A stretch of DNA of 64,000 nt, from assembly GCA_021790815.1 (NCBI GenBank), contig JAJYFT010000004.1, positions 7,524 through 71,523 of the forward strand. The letters are read 5' to 3'. The notes beneath the pieces are model-generated. The model saw only the letters and a list, made by a program, of their open reading frames with translations, did not search any database and was not told the origin of the DNA. Source of the DNA: Actinomycetes bacterium. GTDB lineage: Bacteria > Actinomycetota > Acidimicrobiia > Acidimicrobiales > JABEUL01. The translations under genes and the position numbers were made by a program. Shown piece by piece: positions 27,100 to 37,823 of this stretch; positions within the stretch are counted from its first letter, which is position 1; every line of letters begins with the position of its first letter.

Positions 27100-28254
27100 C
27101 TACTTTGCCAACCATTTCTGACTTCTTAATTCACTCACCGATTTACAGCCAAGTAAAATCAATGATCGCTTCAGTTCACTCTTTAGAGCTGAAATTACGT
27201 CACTAACCCCTTGTTCGCCACTTACAGAAAGTCCGTATAAATATGGGCGACCAATCATCACTGCATCTGCTCCTAATGAAAGAGCTTTAGCGATGTGAGT
27301 CCCTCGTCGAACTCCACCGTCTACGAGAACGTCTAGCTTGCCACCAATTTCCTTTACAAAATCAGGAAGAACACTTATAGTACTTGGAGAACTATCTAGT
27401 TGTCTGCCACCGTGATTTGATACGACTATGCCATCAACCCCTAAGCTAGCAGCCGTTAATCCATCATTTACATCCATCAATCCTTTTATAACAAGTTTAT
27501 GATTCCAGTACTCCCTTATCCATTTAATCTCTTCCCATGAAAATGGTGATGCTGCCATTGACAACATACTTTTCCCATCGTTCCTACTCGCCTTAGATTT
27601 AGATTTAGACCTGGTTTTATTAAATACCTTTACTCCATCTTGCACCATCCGAACCGTCCATACAGGTTTTGAAAGTACTTGGAGACCCAACCCAACTACA
27701 TTATCTGGAGTAATCCTAAGTGGAGTAGTCACTCCATTGTTTCGGTCACGTTCTCTATTGCCTAGTGCAGGTGTATCAACCGTGACGACAAGTGTATGCA
27801 CACCATTTTTCTCCGCTTTGTCTATTAATTTCTTTGACTCATCCCTGCCACCTGCTGAGTACAACTGAAACCACAGTGTTGAATCTGCAACTGATGCAAC
27901 TTCTTCAATTGAATTACCTGATACGGTACTTAATACACTTTGTATGCCAGCACTTTTAGCAGCTTTTGCAACTCCGATGCCTCCATCTGGATGCATGACT
28001 CTTACCAACCCACAAGGGGCCAATACCAAAGGAAAACTTAGCTTTTTACCAAGTACATCAGTTGAAAGTTCGGGGTCCGAAATAGTCCCATCTACCTTTT
28101 GGAGTAAGCGAACTTTGTTAAAATCATCAACATTTGACTTCATTGTTATTTCGTCATCAGCACCACCTTCGATGTAATCAAAAACAACTCTGGGAAGAAC
28201 TTTTTTCGACAAAACTCTTGCTTCATTAACGCTGTGGATAACTTTGGATGTCAT
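27100..28254 (-). CDS. FMN-dependent alpha-hydroxy-acid oxidase/dehydrogenase (LldD/MftD-like)
   Basis: FDYIEGGA, WFQLY, TVDTP, VSNHGGRQLD, DGGVRRG and GRPYLY motifs. Confidence 0.92.
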   Translation of the reverse strand: MTSKVIHSVNEARVLSKKVLPRVVFDYIEGGADDEITMKSNVDDFNKVRLLQKVDGTISDPELSTDVLGKKLSFPLVLAPCGLVRVMHPDGGIGVAKAAKSAGIQSVLSTVSGNSIEEVASVADSTLWFQLYSAGGRDESKKLIDKAEKNGVHTLVVTVDTPALGNRERDRNNGVTTPLRITPDNVVGLGLQVLSKPVWTVRMVQDGVKVFNKTRSKSKSKASRNDGKSMLSMAASPFSWEEIKWIREYWNHKLVIKGLMDVNDGLTAASLGVDGIVVSNHGGRQLDSSPSTISVLPDFVKEIGGKLDVLVDGGVRRGTHIAKALSLGADAVMIGRPYLYGLSVSGEQGVSDVISALKSELKRSLILLGCKSVSELRSQKWLAK

Positions 28255-28339
28255 CTATACATTTTCGCACCAAAACGAACTGAATGAAAATTAGTTTGAG
28301 GTTTTTCTTGTCTTGTTTTATAAAAATACTAGATTTTGG

Positions 28340-28640
28340 ACAAACGAGAGCGCAATTTCCTTCTGTAAGGGCGGGGTTAAGCGACTTTCTTCTTTCTCGG
28401 TCTACCCGGTTTGCAACCAGAAAGTCTCTGGTTCTCTACATACTTCTTCACTATTTCAGATGGTGCTCCACCGCACGGCACCTCAGCATATGAGGGGGAC
28501 CAAAAGTGTTTGCCCACAAAGCGTTCTTCTACTCTCGACCACCGCCTAGAGCGCACTTTCATGAAGGAAAATATTTTACCACTCGATTGAAAATTTGCCA
28601 ATATATAAAAATAAATGTGGCTTTATCCACCCAGATAAAA
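28340..28640 (-). pseudogene. tnpA: Decayed IS200/IS605-family tnpA (Y1 transposase) with remnant end hairpin
   Basis: HFWSPSY...CGGAP.EIVKKYVENQR is the TnpA C-terminus. Upstream in frame, GG*SHIY matches an eroded GE.DHVH HUH motif with a stop codon. Downstream, AACCCCGCCCTTACAGAAGGAAATTGCGC resembles a damaged end hairpin. Confidence 0.82.
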
Positions 28641-28787
28641 CGTTAGATGGGTTAGCAACTTGATAGAGTAAATATTTCAGTTTCAGTTCATTTGAGACCT
28701 GGACCACTTACCTTCAAAAGATACTTTTTGACGAATTAGAGCCGTTTATAAAAAGTTATAACTTTGGTTGTGAATTAAACTTTTAAA

Positions 28788-30524
28788 GTGAAGGATATGG
28801 AGACAAGAAGAGAATCATCTGAAAAATACAAATGGGTAGTGCTTTCGAATACAACACTTGGCGTTTTAATGGCTACAATCGACCAATCAATTATGCTCAT
28901 CGCGCTTCCAGATATATTTCGTGGAATCAAAATTGATCCATTAATTCCCGGTAACAGTTTTTATCTACTTTGGATGATTTTAAGTTTCATGGTCGTAACA
29001 AGCGTATTGGTTGTAGCATTCGGAAGATTAGGCGATATGTACGGACGAGTTCGAATGTACAATTTGGGTTTCGCAGTCTATACCTTCTTTTCTCTTCTTT
29101 TAACAATTACGTGGATGTCAGGCACTTCTGCTGCAATTTGGCTGATTGTTATGAGAGTATTTCAAGGTGTAGGTGCTGCACTCTTGATGGCAAATTCAGC
29201 AGCAATTCTTACGGACGCATTTCCAGAGAATCAAAGAGGAATGGCGTTAGGCATCAACCAAGTAGCTGGAATAAGTGGCTCATTTCTTGGACTTGTATTA
29301 GGGGGGGTACTTGCTCCCATTCAGTGGAGACTAATCTTTTTAGTGTCAGTTCCAGTGGGACTTTTTGGCACTATTTGGGCATACCTGAAGCTTAAAGAAG
29401 TGCCTCGGAGGCATGGTGCAAAACTAGACATTCCAGGCAATTTAACTTTTGCTTTCGGTCTTATTGGAATTATGGTTGCAATTACTTATGGAATTCAACC
29501 TCATGGAACATCGACGATGGGTTGGACTAGCCCGTTCGTCCTAGGTCTACTATCAACAGGGCTAATACTGTTAATTATGTTTGGTTTCGTAGAAAAACGG
29601 GCCCACGATCCAATGTTTAAGCTGTCACTGTTTAGGATTAGAGCCTTCAGCGCGGGAAGTATCTCAACCTTATTAGCAAGCGTAGGTAGAGGTGGACTTA
29701 TGTTTATGCTTATAATTTGGCTTCAGGGGATTTGGCTTCCGCTTCATGGATACTCGTTTGAAAGAACACCTCTTTGGGCCGGGATATACATGTTGCCACT
29801 AACTGCAGGGTTTCTAATTGCGGGTCCAATATCTGGTTTTCTCTCCGATCGATTTGGGTCACGACCATTTGCAACTGGAGGCATGATGGTGGCAGCCTTC
29901 TCATTTTTTCTTCTTGAATTACTGCCAGTAAATTTCTCATACGCTGAATTTAGTCCTTTGCTGCTTCTAAATGGGCTAGCTATGGGAGCATTTGCTGCAC
30001 CAAATAGAGCTGGGGTTATGAACAGCCTTCCTGCTAAACACCGAGGGGTCGGATCTGGAATGAACTCCACGTTTCAAAATGCTGCTCAGGTCCTTTCAAT
30101 TGGAATATTTTTTACTCTTATGATTGTGGGTTTATCTACACATCTTCCTGAAACTATGTACAACGGGCTAGTATCAAACGGTGTTCCACACTCTGATGCA
30201 CTACGAGCTTCTCATCTTCCACCTGTTTCTATGCTTTTTGCGGCTTTTTTAGGACAAAGCCCAATTAAACATATTGTTGGCAGTCAAGTACTAGGGACTT
30301 TAACAAGAAGTCAACAGTCAACATTGATTGGGAATAGCTTCTTCCCAAATCTAATTTCAAAACCTTTTGGGGATGGCCTTAGAACTGCATTTAACTTCTC
30401 AATTATAGTTTGCCTGATCGCTGCAGTAACTTCGTGGCTGCGAGGAGGTAAATACCACTTTCCAGAGGACAGCATAGAAGATACCGCAGAGGGAAGAAGT
30501 GAAGATAAATTAGCTAAACTGTAA
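28788..30524 (+). CDS. MFS efflux transporter, 14-TM DHA2-like
   Basis: GRLGDMYGRVR motif A, RVFQGVG, FPENQRGMALG and GFLSDRFGSR. Confidence 0.92.
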   Translation: MKDMETRRESSEKYKWVVLSNTTLGVLMATIDQSIMLIALPDIFRGIKIDPLIPGNSFYLLWMILSFMVVTSVLVVAFGRLGDMYGRVRMYNLGFAVYTFFSLLLTITWMSGTSAAIWLIVMRVFQGVGAALLMANSAAILTDAFPENQRGMALGINQVAGISGSFLGLVLGGVLAPIQWRLIFLVSVPVGLFGTIWAYLKLKEVPRRHGAKLDIPGNLTFAFGLIGIMVAITYGIQPHGTSTMGWTSPFVLGLLSTGLILLIMFGFVEKRAHDPMFKLSLFRIRAFSAGSISTLLASVGRGGLMFMLIIWLQGIWLPLHGYSFERTPLWAGIYMLPLTAGFLIAGPISGFLSDRFGSRPFATGGMMVAAFSFFLLELLPVNFSYAEFSPLLLLNGLAMGAFAAPNRAGVMNSLPAKHRGVGSGMNSTFQNAAQVLSIGIFFTLMIVGLSTHLPETMYNGLVSNGVPHSDALRASHLPPVSMLFAAFLGQSPIKHIVGSQVLGTLTRSQQSTLIGNSFFPNLISKPFGDGLRTAFNFSIIVCLIAAVTSWLRGGKYHFPEDSIEDTAEGRSEDKLAKL

Positions 30525-30726
30525 CTAACTTTTGTCTAAATTTGTGAGATAATTCAACGATAACCGACAAATCTAGTACTTGGGAGATAAATGTCAGGGC
30601 AGAGCGATGCTCAATTTTAATTTTTCAAATACAAAGTTTTTTGAAAGATCTATAATTTTATAGTTTTACTACAATTTTTTAAATGACTATTCATTCTTAA
30701 TACGAACTATTAGAGTAACCTCGATA

Positions 30727-31446
30727 TTGATGGATGGACTTGATTTTAAAAAGCTTCCTAAACACGTTGCATGCATTATGGATGGAAATGGAAGATGGGC
30801 TACGTCGCGCGGACTTCCCAGAATTGAAGGACACGCAGCTGGAGAAGAGGCTCTATTAGACACCGTAAATGGCGCTCTAGAGATAGGAATTGACTGGCTT
30901 TCAGTCTATGCTTTCTCAACTGAAAACTGGAAAAGGCCACATGAAGAGGTACGTTTTCTCATGCGATTTAACGAGGGGATTCTCACAAGACATCGTGACG
31001 AACTGAATGAAAAAGGTGTAAGAATAAGGTTTTCTGGAAGACGAGATTGGAGAGTTCCAAAAAGACTTATTAAACATATGGACGATTCTGCTGAACTTAC
31101 AAAAAGGAATAAAAAACTTACTTTAACTATCGCATTTAACTACGGCGGAAGAGCAGAATTAGTCGATGCAATAAAAGAACTCGTAAGGTCTGGAATAAAC
31201 CCCGAAAAAATAGACGAAAAAGTGATCTCCAGATATCTTTACTTCCCAGATATGCCAGATCCTGATCTTATGATTAGAACATCCGGCGAATTCAGAATTT
31301 CTAACTTCCTAATTTGGGAAATTGCTTATTCAGAACTCGTTTTTACGGACGTTTTATGGCCTGACTTTAGACGTCAAGACCTTTATGATGCAATTATTGA
31401 ATACCAAAGCAGGAATCGTCGCTTTGGTGCTGTAAAATCTAAGTAG
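30727..31446 (+). CDS. uppS: Cis-isoprenyl transferase (undecaprenyl/decaprenyl diphosphate synthase)
   Basis: HVACIMDGNGRWA, FSTENWKRP, NYGGR and RTSGEFRISNFL motifs. Confidence 0.95.
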   Translation: MMDGLDFKKLPKHVACIMDGNGRWATSRGLPRIEGHAAGEEALLDTVNGALEIGIDWLSVYAFSTENWKRPHEEVRFLMRFNEGILTRHRDELNEKGVRIRFSGRRDWRVPKRLIKHMDDSAELTKRNKKLTLTIAFNYGGRAELVDAIKELVRSGINPEKIDEKVISRYLYFPDMPDPDLMIRTSGEFRISNFLIWEIAYSELVFTDVLWPDFRRQDLYDAIIEYQSRNRRFGAVKSK

Positions 31447-31452
31447 ATAAAA

Positions 31453-31677
31453 GTGGCAATCAAAATTGGAATCTTTTTAGGAGTTCTGTGTATCGCACTA
31501 CTAGTTTTGCTAGCAATCGCAGGGTTTAGTGCAGCAACGGAAATTCTTATAGCTGGCATTATTCTCTTCCTACTCATTGTTGGAGGAAGTGCATTTTCTG
31601 GATATGGGTCCAGACCAGCTCCAAAGTTTAATGTCCCATCTAGCGAGTACTCTAGTGAAGTTGACGATGAAAGTTAG
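31453..31677 (+). CDS. Small 2-TM hypothetical protein
   Basis: Hydrophobic 74-aa ORF tightly packed between uppS and recO. Confidence 0.6.
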   Translation: MAIKIGIFLGVLCIALLVLLAIAGFSAATEILIAGIILFLLIVGGSAFSGYGSRPAPKFNVPSSEYSSEVDDES

Positions 31678-31685
31678 GACGTAAG

Positions 31686-32435
31686 ATGAGCGCCTATAAG
31701 ACTAAAGCTATAGTCTTAAGAACTTATAAGCTTGGCGAGGCCGACAGGATAATTGTCCTTGCTTCCAAAGACAATGGGAAAATTAGAACAGTTGCCAAAG
31801 GCATCAGAAAAACTACCTCTCGAATTAGCGGAAGATTAGAGCCATTGAGTGAGGTATCTTTACAACTGTGGAAGGGCAAAGGAGATTTACAGACAATAAA
31901 TCAAGTTGAAACTATAAACAGTTTTCGATGTGTAAAAACTGATTTAGAACGGTTAAATACTGGTTTAGCAATGGCTGAAGCGATCGACCAGCTATTACAA
32001 GACGAAAATCCCCAGGAAGACATGTATACAATGTTTTCAAAAGCCCTACAATGGCTTGATAACAAAACCCATGATCCATCTCTTGTCCTTGCTGGTTTTT
32101 ATTTAAAATTACTTACACTTGAGGGGACCTCTCCTACCGCAACAAGTTGCTCCATTTGCAACCTAGGTTACAATGAAGTTGACCTTACCTATTTTGATTA
32201 TAAAAAAGGTGGAACAATCTGCAGCGGATGCTACGAAGGTGAGCCAATTTCACAAAATGCAGTAACTGCAATAAGAGCAATGTTAAATGGTGGGCTTGGT
32301 AAAATCTTATCTATTTCACCGCACCCTTGCTCAAGAGAGATAGAGCACTTTGCCACTATTAGTATGGAAACCCATCTTGACAGAAGACTTAAATCTATGC
32401 GAACTGGGAAAATCTATCTAAGCACAACTAGCTAA
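31686..32435 (+). CDS. recO: DNA repair protein RecO
   Basis: AIVLRTYKLGEADRII, VAKGIRK and a CxxC...CxxC zinc finger. Confidence 0.93.
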   Translation: MSAYKTKAIVLRTYKLGEADRIIVLASKDNGKIRTVAKGIRKTTSRISGRLEPLSEVSLQLWKGKGDLQTINQVETINSFRCVKTDLERLNTGLAMAEAIDQLLQDENPQEDMYTMFSKALQWLDNKTHDPSLVLAGFYLKLLTLEGTSPTATSCSICNLGYNEVDLTYFDYKKGGTICSGCYEGEPISQNAVTAIRAMLNGGLGKILSISPHPCSREIEHFATISMETHLDRRLKSMRTGKIYLSTTS

Positions 32436-33225
32436 GACCAGCTCGTTTCTGTCCCTCATATAGGTCATTAGCCATCTTGTCAGCACCAACAAGTTTATTA
32501 ACCCGCCTTGCAAGTTCAGGCGCAACTAAAGCAACTTTAGTTCCAACACGCATAGCAACCGGAGCTACATCAAGTTCTGCAATATTTTTCTCGATGGCCC
32601 TGACAACTCCAAGAGCTACCTGGCGTGGAGTATTCGTCCCAACACCTTTTGGTAGGTCAACCTTTGCCTGAGCAAACATACCAGCATCTCTTATGAAGCC
32701 AGGACACACTACACTCACACCAACATTTTTATCCTGAAGATCGGATCTCATTCCAAAGCTTAGTCCTCGCAAACCAAACTTCGTAGCACTGTAAAGAGAA
32801 GACCCAGGCGTAGCTGCTTTCCCAGATAAGGAGCTAATAAACACAATATGTCCCTCTCCTTTTTCAACCATACTCGGCAAAAATAACCTCGAGAGCTGCG
32901 TTGGAGCCAATAAGTTAACCCTGTAAATTGACTCAATTTGCTCCGCGTTATACTCTTGAAATGCTGCACTGGCTGGCAAACCTGCATTGTTTATCAATAT
33001 GTCAATTTGACCTACTTCTTTAAAAAGATTTTCAGGTGCATCCATATCGTCAAGGTCAACAGAGTAGGCTTTCCCACCTAACTCTTTGGCTAGAGATTCC
33101 AGCACTTCTTTTTTTCTTGCTGTAAGCAGCACCTTCCCACCCTTAGCCGCTATTTCTCTTGCAATAGCCTGTCCAATTCCGCCAGAAGCTCCGGTAATTA
33201 ATACGTCTTTCCCATTTATATTCAT
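32428..33225 (-). CDS. Short-chain dehydrogenase/reductase
   Basis: TGASGGIG, NNAG and YSATK motifs. Confidence 0.92.
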   Translation of the reverse strand: MNINGKDVLITGASGGIGQAIAREIAAKGGKVLLTARKKEVLESLAKELGGKAYSVDLDDMDAPENLFKEVGQIDILINNAGLPASAAFQEYNAEQIESIYRVNLLAPTQLSRLFLPSMVEKGEGHIVFISSLSGKAATPGSSLYSATKFGLRGLSFGMRSDLQDKNVGVSVVCPGFIRDAGMFAQAKVDLPKGVGTNTPRQVALGVVRAIEKNIAELDVAPVAMRVGTKVALVAPELARRVNKLVGADKMANDLYEGQKRAGLS

Positions 33226-33340
33226 AACAGTAACTTACACCGTTTTTACCGTTACTCTCAAATTACATAGCTGAACTTAGAAAAACCCAAGTTCATAGTA
33301 ATTTCAGCGCCAACAACTTTAAACGAAGACCGATAAAGCA

Positions 33341-34099
33341 CTACGTTTTTGAGGTAGTTAGATTTTCGACATAACTCGGAACTGGGCTAAATGAAAACTT
33401 GTCTGGCAATGGATCTTTGAAGCCGTTAGATACTGGCAATACTCCAGACCACACGTTTAGGTCCAGATCTGAATCATCCTCGTTGGGTCCACCGTCTCTT
33501 TTTTTCATTGAAGCCTCGACAATTTCCACAGCAACAACAATAGTCTTCTTTAATTCAATTTCGCTCGGCCACCTGGCATCTTGTGACCTTCCTTTTAGCA
33601 AATGGTTAACAATAGCTTCAAGTCCTCTAAGTTTTTCTTCTCGATCTCTAACTAACGTTGCCTTGCCAATCAACACCACTGATCTATAGTTAATTGAATG
33701 GTGCATCATAGATTTTGAAAGTACTACTCCATCCACCAAAGTTACCTCAACGCATACTTCAACGCTCCCATTGCTACCGCCTACAATTGTTTTGAGCATA
33801 TCGTTTGCTGCCGCGCCATGAAGATAAATGGTGTGTCCACATCTTCCAAAAGCCATTGGGAGAACAATTGGATAGTTAACGCTGTTGAACCCGACATGAC
33901 AAATGAATGCCTCATCTAAAACTGAGAAAATGTCATCTTTACTATATGACGCTCTTTCGCTCAACCTCCTTACTTTAGTTTTTTTACTGGGCAGAAATTC
34001 GCCTTCATCTCTTTTTGCCATCAAAATACCTCTAAACATTAATGATTCTACAATGCCTATTTTAGTTTTATTCAATAGGACTATTGAAAAGCATGGCAA
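33341..34099 (-). CDS. Pyridoxamine 5'-phosphate oxidase-like flavin-binding protein (NimA-like); true start probably at MAKRD (~34021)
   Basis: LDEAFICHVGF, IYLHG and HSINYRSVV motifs. Confidence 0.85.
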   Translation of the reverse strand: MPCFSIVLLNKTKIGIVESLMFRGILMAKRDEGEFLPSKKTKVRRLSERASYSKDDIFSVLDEAFICHVGFNSVNYPIVLPMAFGRCGHTIYLHGAAANDMLKTIVGGSNGSVEVCVEVTLVDGVVLSKSMMHHSINYRSVVLIGKATLVRDREEKLRGLEAIVNHLLKGRSQDARWPSEIELKKTIVVAVEIVEASMKKRDGGPNEDDSDLDLNVWSGVLPVSNGFKDPLPDKFSFSPVPSYVENLTTSKT

Positions 34100-34133
34100 T
34101 AGTATTAGCTATTTAAGTTGTTGCCCTATTAGT

Positions 34134-37100
34134 TTAAAGTGTCTTAATAAAATCTGACCTTCTAATAGCTTCGTAGTCAGCACCGAGATACGACGACACT
34201 ACTCTCGGATCTTGTAACACATTTTTCGGTGTGCCAGACGCAATCGTCATTCCCAAGTGAAAGCAAGTTAATGTATCAGATATTGAAGCAACAAGAGGTA
34301 CATCGTGTTCAATAATAATTAAGGTTGCATCAGTGCTATTCTTCAAGTCAACAAGTACACCACCTAATGACTCTGCCTCTCTTTGCGCTAAGCCAGATGA
34401 CGGCTCATCTAGAAGAAGTACTTTAGGTTTGAACGACAAAGCACACCCAATTTCAACTACTCTTCTTGTGCCGGTGGAAAGCTCAGAAATATACGACTCT
34501 CTATAGCGTTCCAGGTGAAGCCTTTCTAAAATTTCACTGACAGAATCCAGTACTTCTTTTTCTATCTTTTTTGTAGCGGGAAGATGAAATAGTGCTGAGA
34601 AAGACTCTTTGGGCCATATAAATCTGTCGTGAGCAATTGCGAGCGTTTCTTCAACGGTTAACGAAGGAAACAATGTGGCATGTTGAAATAACCTTCCCAA
34701 TCCAAAGTTTGCTCGTCTGTCACTTGGATACTTTGTAATATCAACTCCATTTAAAATAATAACACCTTCGTTTGGTTTTGTGAACCCCGAACATATGTCA
34801 AAAAAAGTAGTTTTCCCAGCACCATTCGCTCCAATAATTCCATGAATTGAGTTTTTCATAACTACTAAATTGAGATCACTCAGAGCCGCTACGCCACCGA
34901 AAGTTTTAAGTATTTGCTTAGCTTCTAACGCAATATCGTTATCATAAATTTTATCTATTTTGGTAACTTCTATAACAGGACTAGTTTCATGTATGGCAGT
35001 GCCTGAACTGAAAAATATGGACCGGGCAAGATCATTTCGGTCTTTTAACTCAGAGGTTAAACCCAAATATCGAACCTGCCCACGCTCTAAGAATAAAGAT
35101 TTCTCCGACACGTGCATAGCTACATTTAGCGACTGCTCAACTAGCAAGACTGTAACACCTTTGCTATTAAGTTCTCGAAGTACATTTAATAGCTCGCCAA
35201 CAACCAATGGGGCGAGTCCAAGTGAAAGCTCATCAATCATCAACATCTTTGGCTTACACAACAATGACTGGGCAATTGTCAACATTTGTTGTTCACCCCC
35301 TGAAAGAAGTTCCGCTTTGACGTCAATTCTTTCCTTTAAAACAGGAAATAAATCAAAAATAAAGTTTGTCTGGTCTGCTATGAAATTACGGTCTTTCTTA
35401 TAAATCCACGTCGAAACTCTTAAATTCTCACCTACAGTTAAACTCTGAAATATGGCTCTCCCCCCTGGCGTCGTAACTAACCCTCCTCTAACACGATCCT
35501 CTACGTCAGTTAAAGTTATGTCTTTACCGTCAAATACAATCGAACCAGGTTTGGGGTTAATTAATCCTCCGATTACCTTTAAAAGGGTCGATTTGCCTGC
35601 ACCATTGGTTCCTAAAACTGCAACTAATGAACCTCGTTCAATTGTTGTTGTCACTCCAAAAAGTACTTGTACCTGACCGTAATAAGCGTTCAAATCTTTT
35701 ACATCCAAAATACTGTCACCAACATCGAGATCTAAATCTGCAACTTCTTTTGTGTCATCAAAATGAGCAGTTTCCCGAAGGGTTGCCACTTCAATATCTT
35801 TTTGATTTGCAACGTAAAATAGTATTCGATCTCTCAACGAAGAAACCATTCCACCAATTCCTTCAGGGAAAAATGTCAAGAATATAATCAAAAATACTCC
35901 TTGAACTGCGAGTTGAAGAATTCCTGACAAGTAGTACTGTGTGAGACCAATAAATACTGCACCAAAAATTGCACCTGAAAGTGACCCAAGGCCTCCGACA
36001 ACTGCTGCTATGAAGACTGTAAAGGATAGTTCAGGATCAAAACCTTGAAATCCAGAGCCTTCTTGCAAAATAATTAGAAGTGCACCAGCAATGCCACATA
36101 TACTTCCAGAAATAAAGAAGGCATTTAGTTTTATTAGTATAGGCTTAACACCATACGATGAAACTGCCGACTCATTGTCTCGGGTTCCAATTAGCACCCT
36201 TCCACTTCGAGACCTTCTAAATCCACTTACAGCAACCATTGTCAAAATCAAAATAACAAAACTAAAAACATAAAAGTTATCTAGGTTACCTAGATTAAAA
36301 CGTCCAAAAAGCAGTGGAGGCGGGACCCTGGATGGGTTTATAAACGAGAAGTGAGTTGCATTTAACAAGAATGTATCTACTGGCACTGCGAATGAAAGTG
36401 TGGCAACAGATAAAAAAAGACCGGGTATTCGCAGTGAAGGCACTCCAATAAGAAGAGCTATGAGCCCTCCTGATAACGCTGCTATTAGCAACGATAAAAA
36501 TACATCCATATTGGCATGAACTATAAGCATTCCGCTTATTGCTGCTCCGACACCTGCAAAGCCACCCTGTCCTAAACTGATTTGCCCACCCCAGCCAGAA
36601 AGTAAAACAAGTGAAACTGTAACGATTCCAAATATAGTCATGTAACTTAAAACCAGTGTTACGTGTTGGCCCAAAAGAGGTGGAACGATTAAGGCAGCAA
36701 GAAAAACCAGAGCAGGAAAGAATACCCTTAGCACTTTTACACTCTTTATTTCACTTATAGCCCTTGGAATTGATCTTGCGCCTTGAGCCAAAGTTAACGC
36801 GCCTTGAGCCACAGAACCCATTTCGCTTCTTGCACGTTTCGGTGGCTTTATTATCAGCGTTACAATTATTGCAAGAAACAGACCAACATCTACTACTGAA
36901 CTTCTTGGATACGACCAAAAAGTTGCTTGCTGAAATATCCCTATCAGAACCGCCGCAATTACAGTGTGAATAAGATTTTCCATCCTTCCTATGATTGCAG
37001 CTGCAAGTGGCGGCAAGAGAACTACTGGGCCTGCAATCGCGGTAAAGTCGGGTGGATTCCCCATGGACGTTGGAGCCGCAGCCATTGCACCAAGTGCTGA

Positions 37101-37820
37101 AAGACCGGCTGCGAACATCCAAGTTATAAGTGAAAGCCTTTTTACAGGTATCCCAAGCAAACGTGCCCGGTCTCTTGAATCGGCAGAGGCTCTTATCGCT
37201 ATCCCAGACAAGGTTTTTTCCAAAAATATATATAGCCCAAACAAGCATATGAAAGCTATGCATAACGCAACGACTGAATCTCCAGTAAATTTAATATCGG
37301 ATATAGTAAAACTAAAATTAAACGGGGTATTAAAAGTACTTATTGATACCGACCCTTGGACGAGAGTTGGGAAACCCACTTCTGCCGCACCTATTAACTG
37401 CGCAATGCCAAGGGTTGCGACAGTTAAAACCATGCGTGAAGAGTTTTTGAATCTTGCTTCTATAACAAAATGAACAATTGCTCCAGTTATTAAAGCAGCG
37501 GCTAGACCTGCTACAAGCGCAATAAAGTACTCTACATGTTCAATTGATACCAATACAACAGCAACTGACACTGACATTGCTCCAACTTCTGCCTGAGCAA
37601 AGTTGATAATTCTTTGCGATCGATATATCAGCACAAGGCCCAGCGCGGTAAGGCCATAAAGAGCTCCGTCTACCCCACCTAACAAAATTACACCTACAGG
37701 AAGACGCTGAGGGAGGAATAAATCACCAAGTAAGTAACCTATGAGAACAAAACATACAAAAGCTAACCATCCAAATAGTTTAGAGTTAGCTTCAATATAC
37801 TTAACTTTAAATATATTCAA
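34134..37820 (-). CDS. Single-chain HAAT-type ABC transporter (LivH-LivM-LivF-LivG fusion)
   Basis: Two permease units (INFAQAE; GQISLGQ), then two NBDs (GTNGAGKS/LSGGEQQ/DELSLGLAP and GANGAGKT/LLDEPSSG) in one 1228-aa frame. Confidence 0.9.
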   Translation of the reverse strand: MNIFKVKYIEANSKLFGWLAFVCFVLIGYLLGDLFLPQRLPVGVILLGGVDGALYGLTALGLVLIYRSQRIINFAQAEVGAMSVSVAVVLVSIEHVEYFIALVAGLAAALITGAIVHFVIEARFKNSSRMVLTVATLGIAQLIGAAEVGFPTLVQGSVSISTFNTPFNFSFTISDIKFTGDSVVALCIAFICLFGLYIFLEKTLSGIAIRASADSRDRARLLGIPVKRLSLITWMFAAGLSALGAMAAAPTSMGNPPDFTAIAGPVVLLPPLAAAIIGRMENLIHTVIAAVLIGIFQQATFWSYPRSSVVDVGLFLAIIVTLIIKPPKRARSEMGSVAQGALTLAQGARSIPRAISEIKSVKVLRVFFPALVFLAALIVPPLLGQHVTLVLSYMTIFGIVTVSLVLLSGWGGQISLGQGGFAGVGAAISGMLIVHANMDVFLSLLIAALSGGLIALLIGVPSLRIPGLFLSVATLSFAVPVDTFLLNATHFSFINPSRVPPPLLFGRFNLGNLDNFYVFSFVILILTMVAVSGFRRSRSGRVLIGTRDNESAVSSYGVKPILIKLNAFFISGSICGIAGALLIILQEGSGFQGFDPELSFTVFIAAVVGGLGSLSGAIFGAVFIGLTQYYLSGILQLAVQGVFLIIFLTFFPEGIGGMVSSLRDRILFYVANQKDIEVATLRETAHFDDTKEVADLDLDVGDSILDVKDLNAYYGQVQVLFGVTTTIERGSLVAVLGTNGAGKSTLLKVIGGLINPKPGSIVFDGKDITLTDVEDRVRGGLVTTPGGRAIFQSLTVGENLRVSTWIYKKDRNFIADQTNFIFDLFPVLKERIDVKAELLSGGEQQMLTIAQSLLCKPKMLMIDELSLGLAPLVVGELLNVLRELNSKGVTVLLVEQSLNVAMHVSEKSLFLERGQVRYLGLTSELKDRNDLARSIFFSSGTAIHETSPVIEVTKIDKIYDNDIALEAKQILKTFGGVAALSDLNLVVMKNSIHGIIGANGAGKTTFFDICSGFTKPNEGVIILNGVDITKYPSDRRANFGLGRLFQHATLFPSLTVEETLAIAHDRFIWPKESFSALFHLPATKKIEKEVLDSVSEILERLHLERYRESYISELSTGTRRVVEIGCALSFKPKVLLLDEPSSGLAQREAESLGGVLVDLKNSTDATLIIIEHDVPLVASISDTLTCFHLGMTIASGTPKNVLQDPRVVSSYLGADYEAIRRSDFIKTL

Positions 37821-37823
37821 CTT

